A stretch of 64,000 bases of DNA, taken from contig JAXGNR010000004.1 in assembly GCA_040767965.1 (NCBI GenBank), positions 480,001 to 544,000 of the forward strand, in the 5' to 3' direction. The position numbers were made by a program, and so were the translations under genes. Each line of letters opens with the position of its first letter. Position 1 is the first letter of the stretch. The notes beneath the pieces were generated by a model that saw only the letters and a program-made list of their open reading frames with translations, ran no database searches and was not told the origin of the DNA. Origin of the DNA: Atribacterota bacterium. Lineage in GTDB: Bacteria > Atribacterota > Phoenicimicrobiia > Phoenicimicrobiales > Stramentimicrobiaceae. Positions 57,446-64,000 of this stretch are shown here, one piece after another.

Positions 57446-58636
57446 ATGACTTTATCAGAAAGGATTAGAAATGTAAGTCCATCTGAAACATTAAGCATAA
57501 CAGCACAAGTTATAAAGATGAAATCAGAAGGAAAAAATATTATCAGTTTTGGGGCTGGTGAGCCTGACTTTGATACCCCAAAAAACATACAGGAAGAGGC
57601 CATCAAGGCTATAAAAGAAGGTTTTACACATTATACCTCGCTTACAGGAATTACTGAATTAAAAAGAGCAATTATAGAAAAAATGAAAAAGGATCATAAT
57701 CTTTTTTATAATGAAAAAGAAATAATTATTTCTAATGGTGCGAAACACTCTTTATATAATGCTATCATGACTATATGCGATCCTGGTGATGAAGTAATTT
57801 TACCTACTCCTTGCTGGGTAAGCTATACAGAACAGATAAAATTAGCACAAGCAAAGCCTGTATTTGTACCAACTACACTTGAAGATGGTTTTAAACTGAC
57901 AGCAGAACAAGTAAAAAAAGCTATTACAAAGAAGACCAAATTACTATTATTAAATACCCCTAATAATCCTACTGGAGCAGTGTATTCTCCTATTGAACTT
58001 AATAAAATAGCCAGCTTATTAGTTGATAATGATATTTATTGTATCAGCGATGAAATTTATGAAAAACTAGTCTATGATAATACCAAACATTATTCCATAG
58101 CTGCTTTTAGCCCTGAAGTGAAGGAAAAAACTATTCTCATTAATGGTGTTTCAAAATCATATGCTATGACTGGTTGGAGGATTGGTTATGCCGCAGCTAA
58201 TGCGGAGATAGTGGAAGGAATGTCCAAACTACAGGGGCATTGCACCTCCAATGCCAATTCCATTGCTCAAAAAGCAAGCGTAGAAGCGCTTACCGGCAAT
58301 CAGGACTCGATTGAATTTATGCGAACTGAATTTGATAAAAGAAGAAAAGTTATTACTGAAAAAATAAATGAAATTAAAGGTTTTAAATGTGCAATCCCGG
58401 AAGGTGCTTTTTATATTTTCCCCGATATCACTGAAATATTAAAGTCTGGAATTGTTTTTGAAGGAGAAGAAGTAAAATCTTCTTTACAGCTTTCAAATTA
58501 TATTTTGAAAGAAACGGGAGTTGCTGTGATTCCTGGAAGCGCATTTGAAGCAGAAGGATTTTTAAGATTATCATATGCAATTTCGTTAAAAGAAATTATT
58601 GAAGGAATTGATAGGATAAAAAGCATTTTTAATTAA
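57446..58636 (+). CDS. Class I PLP aminotransferase (aspartate aminotransferase-like)
   Basis: GEPDF, PNNPTG, SDEIY, SKSYAMTGWRIGY. Confidence 0.92.
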   Translation: MTLSERIRNVSPSETLSITAQVIKMKSEGKNIISFGAGEPDFDTPKNIQEEAIKAIKEGFTHYTSLTGITELKRAIIEKMKKDHNLFYNEKEIIISNGAKHSLYNAIMTICDPGDEVILPTPCWVSYTEQIKLAQAKPVFVPTTLEDGFKLTAEQVKKAITKKTKLLLLNTPNNPTGAVYSPIELNKIASLLVDNDIYCISDEIYEKLVYDNTKHYSIAAFSPEVKEKTILINGVSKSYAMTGWRIGYAAANAEIVEGMSKLQGHCTSNANSIAQKASVEALTGNQDSIEFMRTEFDKRRKVITEKINEIKGFKCAIPEGAFYIFPDITEILKSGIVFEGEEVKSSLQLSNYILKETGVAVIPGSAFEAEGFLRLSYAISLKEIIEGIDRIKSIFN

Positions 58637-58660
58637 CATTAAATATATAAACTAAATTAT

Positions 58661-58719
58661 AAAAAAGAAATCCGGAAGAGTTAATTTATTGCATTTATTG
58701 GAACTGGATTTCTTTTTTT
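58661..58719 (+). terminator. Terminator-like hairpin after aminotransferase
   Basis: AAAAAAGAAATCCGG...CTGGATTTCTTTTTT, large loop. Confidence 0.55.
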
Positions 58720-58759
58720 GTGTTATTATTTTAAATAACCAATAGAAAGGTATAAAAAC

Positions 58760-60922
58760 ATGCTTGAAGCATATAATGATGCCCAGATAGAAGCAATAAA
58801 AGCGAAAGATGGTCCGGTGCTGGTAATGGCTGGTGCTGGAAGTGGGAAAACAAGTGTTTTAATACAGCGAATCATTTATATTTTGAAGACAAGAAATGTA
58901 TTGCCTGGCAATATTTTAGCTGTTACATTTACAAATAAAGCTGCAAATGAAATTAAAAATAGAATAGAAAATAATAATAAAGAATTAAAGCAAAATTTTA
59001 ATGGAATTTGGTTAGGAACCTTTCATTCGATTTGTGTAAGAATTTTGTATAAACATTGTTCCAGTTTAGGATATAAGCAAAATTTTAATATCTATGACAA
59101 AAATGATAGTTTAAGAATAATAAGAAAAATAATTAAACAACTAGGCCTGGATTACAAGCAATATAGGCCAAAAACAATTTATAGTATTATAGAAAATTCT
59201 AAAAATAAATTAATAGACGAAAATGATTTCGAAAATGAGTCAATTGGTTTTTATTATAAAAAGATAGCCCAAATATATCAAATGTACCAGGAAGAAATGA
59301 AAAAAAGTACTGCTTTAGACTACGGGGATTTGATCTTAAAGACAGTACAGTTATTTGATAACTACCCAGATATTTTAATATATTACCAAAATAAATTTAA
59401 ATATATACTTGTGGATGAATATCAGGATATTAATCATGCTCAGTATATACTGATTAATCACCTTTCAAAAATTAATAATAATCTATTTGTTGTAGGTGAT
59501 CCTGATCAAAGCATATATAAATTTAGAGGAGCTGAGCTCAGCAATATTATTGATTTTGAAAAGGACTATTCGAATTGTCAGATAATAAAACTAGAACAAA
59601 ATTACCGTTCAACAGATACAATTCTAAAAGGAGCATCTTTTGTAATCCGAAATAATTCTTATCGTAAAAAAAAGGAAATATGGACAAAAAAAGAAGGAGG
59701 AGAAAAAATAAAAATATATGAAGCAAATGGCGAGATTAATGAAGCTGAATTTGTAGCTGAGGAAATAAAGATTATTAAAAAAAATAATAATTTAAATTGG
59801 AATAATATTGCTGTTTTGTATCGAACCAATGCACAATCTAGATATTTTGAAGAAATATTTTCTAAAAAAAATATTCCGTTTACTATAATTGGAGGAATGA
59901 GGTTTTACGAAAGAAAAGAAATAAAAAATATTATTTATTTACTTAAATTAATTGATAATCCTTATGACCAGGAAATGTATCGCAGATGGTTGGAAATTGA
60001 TAAAATGGGTATTGGCCCTAAGAGCTTTCAAAAAATAGTTGATATTTCCGATGAAAGCAAAAAGCCTATTATTGATATTTTCCCAATTTATTTAGAAAAT
60101 GCTGGGAAAAGAATAAATATTAAAAATAAAGAAAAAATTAACATACAACTTGGTCTGTTTAAAAAATTAAAAGAGTTATCTCAAAATGTTTCTCTTTTGA
60201 CAGAAGAGTTGATTAACGGTATAAAGTATTATGATGTTTTAGATCAAGAAGAAGATAAAATTATTGTAAAAAATAAAATTGAAAATGTTAAGTCATTTTT
60301 ACAATCAATTAAAGAATATGAAAGAGCAAATAATCTCTCTAATCTGCATGATTATCTGACCTATATATCTCTGATTACGAGCAGTGACAATGTTAATATA
60401 GAAAATGATGAAGGTTATAAAAAAGTACATCTAATGACATTGCATTGTGCAAAAGGATTAGAATTTCCAGTTATATTTTTGACAGGAATGGAAGAAGGGG
60501 TATTCCCTCACAGCAGAAGTTTAATTAGCCAGTCTGATTTGGAAGAGGAAAGAAGATTATGCTATGTTGGTATGACCAGGGCTATGGAAAACTTATATCT
60601 TTCATATTGCTGGAGAAGAATTGTAGATGGCAAGACTAAATATTACCAACCTTCTAGGTTTTTAAAAGAAATACCTGAGACATATCTTGAGAGAGTAAAG
60701 ATTGCGCCAAATTCTTTACTAATAAACAACCAAAATGAGAATAAATCATTTGAAGTTAATAATGGTGACATTGTGCTGCATGCAAATTGGGGAGAAGGAA
60801 AAGTAATAAATAAAATCGATACAGAAAAAGACATTTTTATTACAGTATATTTTAAACAAGAGGGAATTAAAAGGTTATCCTTGAAATATGCACCTTTAAA
60901 AAAAATAGAGAAAGCAATTTAG
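58760..60922 (+). CDS. pcrA: ATP-dependent DNA helicase PcrA/UvrD
   Basis: AGAGSGKT, VDEYQD, LEQNYRST, AKGLEF, EERRLCYV; C-terminal Tudor-like domain. Confidence 0.96.
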   Translation: MLEAYNDAQIEAIKAKDGPVLVMAGAGSGKTSVLIQRIIYILKTRNVLPGNILAVTFTNKAANEIKNRIENNNKELKQNFNGIWLGTFHSICVRILYKHCSSLGYKQNFNIYDKNDSLRIIRKIIKQLGLDYKQYRPKTIYSIIENSKNKLIDENDFENESIGFYYKKIAQIYQMYQEEMKKSTALDYGDLILKTVQLFDNYPDILIYYQNKFKYILVDEYQDINHAQYILINHLSKINNNLFVVGDPDQSIYKFRGAELSNIIDFEKDYSNCQIIKLEQNYRSTDTILKGASFVIRNNSYRKKKEIWTKKEGGEKIKIYEANGEINEAEFVAEEIKIIKKNNNLNWNNIAVLYRTNAQSRYFEEIFSKKNIPFTIIGGMRFYERKEIKNIIYLLKLIDNPYDQEMYRRWLEIDKMGIGPKSFQKIVDISDESKKPIIDIFPIYLENAGKRINIKNKEKINIQLGLFKKLKELSQNVSLLTEELINGIKYYDVLDQEEDKIIVKNKIENVKSFLQSIKEYERANNLSNLHDYLTYISLITSSDNVNIENDEGYKKVHLMTLHCAKGLEFPVIFLTGMEEGVFPHSRSLISQSDLEEERRLCYVGMTRAMENLYLSYCWRRIVDGKTKYYQPSRFLKEIPETYLERVKIAPNSLLINNQNENKSFEVNNGDIVLHANWGEGKVINKIDTEKDIFITVYFKQEGIKRLSLKYAPLKKIEKAI

Positions 60923-60939
60923 CTTTCTCTATTTTTTTT
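60898..60939. terminator. Bidirectional terminator between convergent pcrA and parvulin gene
   Basis: AAAAAATAGAGAAAGC / GCTTTCTCTATTTTTT, overlapping the pcrA stop. Confidence 0.8.
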
Positions 60940-60951
60940 AAAATATTTAAT

Positions 60952-61815
60952 TTATTCGCTATCTAAATCTAATAATTCCAAATTTTTCTCTATCCGAGCT
61001 TGGTCTTCAAGATTTTTTAGATATTGATCAAATTTTTCTTGTTGTTTTGCAGGAAGAAGCTGGGATTCAATTTCTGATTTTACCTCTGCCAATTCTGTAT
61101 ATCCTGCCGGAATTTTTTCTATAACTTTAAAAATATGAAAATTATTATCTATTTGGATAATTTCGCTAATTTCATCTAAATTCAGAATAAACAATTTTTC
61201 CTCAATATCAGTTTTTAAGGTCCCTTTACTTATAAAACCAATATCACCACCTATAGATGCACTGGAAGCAATAGATTTTTCTTTTGCTATTTCTGAGAAA
61301 TCTTTGCCCTCTTTTAATTGTTGAATTATTTCATTAGCTTCCTCTTCTGATTCAACAATAATATTTAAGGCATAAATTTCTTCTTCCTTCCAATAATTTT
61401 CTTTGTTTTCATCGTAATATGACTGTATCTCATTATCTTCCAAGAAGGTCTTTTCGATAATTTCTCTTTCCAGTAGTACTTGAATTAATATTTGATCAAT
61501 AGTATTTTTAATTTGGAAAGAAATTTCAGGATCACTTTGTAAATTTAAATTATTAGCTTGCTGCACTAGCAGGGTTTGAGTAATTAACTGTTGTAGCAAA
61601 TCTTCTTTATTTAGCTCTGCCTTGTATTCATTTGGAATTAAATTCCAGTAATTATTAAAAGTTTCCAAGGTAACACCTTCATCATTTATAACAAGTAAGG
61701 GTTTTTCTGTTTCACCAGTTTCTTCAGCCGATAAAACATGTAACGGTAAAATTAATAAAAAAAAGATACAAACAAAGACAGTAATTTTTGTTATTTTATT
61801 TAAAAATATGAACAA
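60952..61815 (-). CDS. Secreted PrsA/SurA-like foldase with parvulin (PpiC) domain
   Basis: Signal peptide, helical N-domain, GKDFSEIAKEKS...GGDIGF...FHIFKV. Confidence 0.85.
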   Translation of the reverse strand: MFIFLNKITKITVFVCIFFLLILPLHVLSAEETGETEKPLLVINDEGVTLETFNNYWNLIPNEYKAELNKEDLLQQLITQTLLVQQANNLNLQSDPEISFQIKNTIDQILIQVLLEREIIEKTFLEDNEIQSYYDENKENYWKEEEIYALNIIVESEEEANEIIQQLKEGKDFSEIAKEKSIASSASIGGDIGFISKGTLKTDIEEKLFILNLDEISEIIQIDNNFHIFKVIEKIPAGYTELAEVKSEIESQLLPAKQQEKFDQYLKNLEDQARIEKNLELLDLDSE

Positions 61816-61856
61816 TACTCTTATCTCCTTTCATTTTATAAAAATAACTATTGTTA

Positions 61857-61885
61857 AGTCTAGCATAACAACGAATTTTAGTAAA
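61857..61885 (-). promoter_or_regulatory. Putative promoter of parvulin gene
   Basis: TTTACT-17 bp-TAGACT with extended TG on the - strand. Confidence 0.5.
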
Positions 61886-61971
61886 GAATTTGTCTGAAAT
61901 GGTTTAGAAAATTAATTAAAATTTAGAATAATTCTATATGATAAAAAAATCACATAACTTTAAATGTTATC

Positions 61972-62000
61972 TTGAACATTTTTAATCAATAATATATAAT
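61972..62000 (+). promoter_or_regulatory. sigma70/sigmaA promoter of rpsU
   Basis: TTGAAC-17 bp-TATAAT. Confidence 0.65.
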
Positions 62001-62064
62001 ATCTATTAAATTGCTAAAAATTGTTGCAGTTAGTGCTTATCATGGTAAAAAAGGGGGTGAAGGC

Positions 62065-62253
62065 ATGGCAACGATAAGAGTAAGAGAAGATGAAGAATTT
62101 GATCATGCGTTAAAGCGTTTCAAAAAAGAATGCCAGAAAAGCGGCATTATTTCTGATATAAAAAGACATGAATATTACGAGAAGCCCAGTGAAAGAAGAA
62201 AAAGAAAGCTAATAGCAGCCCAGAGAAAGAAAAAAAGGAGAGGAAGAAATTAA
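62065..62253 (+). CDS. rpsU: 30S ribosomal protein S21
   Basis: ALKRFKK, YYEKPSERRKRK; ATG after GGGGGTGA. Confidence 0.98.
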   Translation: MATIRVREDEEFDHALKRFKKECQKSGIISDIKRHEYYEKPSERRKRKLIAAQRKKKRRGRN

Positions 62254-62371
62254 TTTAGCGTTTAAATATTTTAAGCTGGTACTCATACTAAAATGTTAAA
62301 ATTAGGAATAAATGTCAAGAGTCAAGAAAAGAAAAAGAGGAAAATAAAAATTATTTTTTTCTTTTTTAAGC

Positions 62372-62425
62372 AAAATATAATTAAAAAGGCCCAGTTTTTA
62401 AGCTGGGCCTTTTTAATTATATTTT
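62372..62425. terminator. Long perfect inverted repeat / terminator after rpsU
   Basis: 23-bp arms AAAATATAATTAAAAAGGCCCAG / CTGGGCCTTTTTAATTATATTTT. Confidence 0.8.
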
Positions 62426-62630
62426 TTAGAAAGTTCTACCTAACGAAATACACCACTTTTACTATTAATATAAATTAACTTAATACAGAATTTTATTGTA
62501 TAATTATGCATTAACAGAATAATTCAGTGTTGCTATTTTATACAACTATAATAATTATAAATTAAAATACATGTGATTTTTATTAGGTAAATGCAAACGT
62601 AATTTACAGATAAACAAAATGAGGTAACTA

Positions 62631-63617
62631 ATGGATGAGCATAATATTATAATAAACAGCAAAGATGAAATAAGAGAATTATTTGGACATCTAGATACAA
62701 AAATAAAACTTATAAGTGAGTCTTTGTTAGTAAACGTTTCAACAAGAAACAGCAATTATATAACAGTATCTGGTGAAAAAAATAATGTTGATAAGGCAAG
62801 TAAAATCATAGAAGATCTTTTAATTGTTATCCGTAAAGGGCACTCTGTTCATTTATCTGAAATTAAATATCAGATTGATATGATGGAAGAGAGTATTGGT
62901 TACAACTTAGATGAGTTATACCAGGAAGCAATTCAGGTCTTCAAAAAGGATAAAATAATTAGACCTAAAACTTTTGGGCAAAGAAAAATTTTAGAAAAGA
63001 TTAAGCACAATGATATATTGTTTGTAATTGGTCCGGCGGGAAGTGGTAAAACATATTTAGCTGTTGCCCTGGCTATTTCATCTTTGAAAAAAAAAGAAGT
63101 TGAAAGAATTATTCTAATACGGCCAGCTGTTGAAGCAGGCGAAAGTCTTGGTTTCTTGCCAGGGGATTTAATGGAAAAAATAGATCCATATTTCAGGCCT
63201 TTATATGATGCAATATATGAGATGATGCCTTCAGATAAATTTCAGAATTATATAGATCGCGGAATAATTGAAGTTGCTCCACTTGCTTATATGAGAGGAA
63301 GAACTTTAAACAATTCTTTTATAATACTGGATGATGCTCAAAACACAACCCTTGGTCAAATGAAAATGTTCTTGACCAGATTTGGCTTTGGATCAAAAAT
63401 TATTGTAACTGGAGATGTAACACAAATTGATTTACCGCAAAAAACCAACTCTGGCCTGATCAAAATAGCAAAAATATTAAATAATATAAAAGGAATTGAA
63501 TTTGTCTACCTTGAAAAAAAAGATGTAGTAAGGCATAGGTTAGTGAGAGAGATAATCCGTGCATATGAAAATGAGTATAACCAAATAGACAAAATAGAAA
63601 ACAATAACAATATATGA
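62631..63617 (+). CDS. phoH: PhoH-family ATPase (YbeZ-like)
   Basis: GPAGSGKT, RPAVEAGE.LGFLPG, PLAYMRGRT, GDVTQIDLP. Confidence 0.94.
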   Translation: MDEHNIIINSKDEIRELFGHLDTKIKLISESLLVNVSTRNSNYITVSGEKNNVDKASKIIEDLLIVIRKGHSVHLSEIKYQIDMMEESIGYNLDELYQEAIQVFKKDKIIRPKTFGQRKILEKIKHNDILFVIGPAGSGKTYLAVALAISSLKKKEVERIILIRPAVEAGESLGFLPGDLMEKIDPYFRPLYDAIYEMMPSDKFQNYIDRGIIEVAPLAYMRGRTLNNSFIILDDAQNTTLGQMKMFLTRFGFGSKIIVTGDVTQIDLPQKTNSGLIKIAKILNNIKGIEFVYLEKKDVVRHRLVREIIRAYENEYNQIDKIENNNNI

Positions 63618-63641
63618 TGAATAAAAAGATGGTTAAAAAAA

Positions 63642-64000
63642 ATGAAAAAAGGTAAATTTTCAAAAAATACAAAGAACTTGTTTGATAAGTTTTTTTTCCA
63701 CAGGCTACTTGTATTATTTTTAGTAGTGTCTGCAATTACTTTCATTATATCAATAAATTTTTTCCCAGGGAAGATTAACTTTAAAGAAGGTGAAGTGGCT
63801 AATAAAGATATTGTTGCTCCCCAAACTATTGAATACGTTGATCAAAAAGCCACCGAAAAATTAAAAGATGAAGCTGCAAGATCAATAAAAGAAGTTTACA
63901 ATTTAAATTTAGCCAGCATAGAAAATGTAGAAAAAGACATCGCTAATTTTTTTACTGATTTAAAAGAGATAAGGGCACAATACGGCTTTTCTGAAAATAA
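63642..64000 (+). CDS. N-terminal part of 7TM-HD phosphohydrolase (PgpH/YqfF-like), truncated by window
   Basis: Manual translation: TM helix then FKEGEVANKDIVAPQTIEYVDQKATEKLKDEAARSIKEVY, resembling the 7TMR-HDED start; usual position after phoH. Confidence 0.7.
   Translation, partial: MKKGKFSKNTKNLFDKFFFHRLLVLFLVVSAITFIISINFFPGKINFKEGEVANKDIVAPQTIEYVDQKATEKLKDEAARSIKEVYNLNLASIENVEKDIANFFTDLKEIRAQYGFSEN

Noticed and set aside
62280-62330. TTGACA on the minus strand downstream of rpsU as an antisense promoter
   Set aside because: No acceptable -10 at 16-18 bp spacing
62293-62478. 61-aa K/F-rich ORF after rpsU
   Set aside because: Translation of A/T tracts running through the terminator hairpin; no SD

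Overview
AT-rich (roughly 30% GC by eye) bacterial core-genome window, with almost all genes on the + strand. In order: 3' part of rpoB, a very long rpoC (1703 aa, two large repeat-built insertions), the str/S10/spc/alpha ribosomal superoperon (rpmD/L30 absent; single-base frameshifts in rplX and rpsI), ecfAA'T-truA, rplM-rpsI, cdaA-cdaR-glmM, a glmS ribozyme plus glmS, acpS-alr-tsaEBD and CIRCE-controlled groESL. Then, on the - strand, a tandem glycine riboswitch heading fhs-gcvH-gcvPA-gcvPB-gcvT, followed by ald; and guaA-purA-purB-ilvE-aminotransferase-pcrA, a secreted parvulin (- strand), rpsU, phoH and the start of a PgpH-like 7TM-HD protein. Gene order is Firmicutes-like, but the beta' insertions and the non-lipoprotein foldase point to a deep-branching anaerobe (Atribacterota JS1/Synergistota-like; inference only). 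I saw no mobile elements, tRNA/rRNA genes or CRISPR arrays, and I found no clear-cut new system. The best leads are the glycine-riboswitch-controlled Fhs plus glycine cleavage operon, the beta' insertions, an alanine racemase with an altered specificity residue, and an rpsI break sitting on a U-UUU-UUA slippery heptamer.
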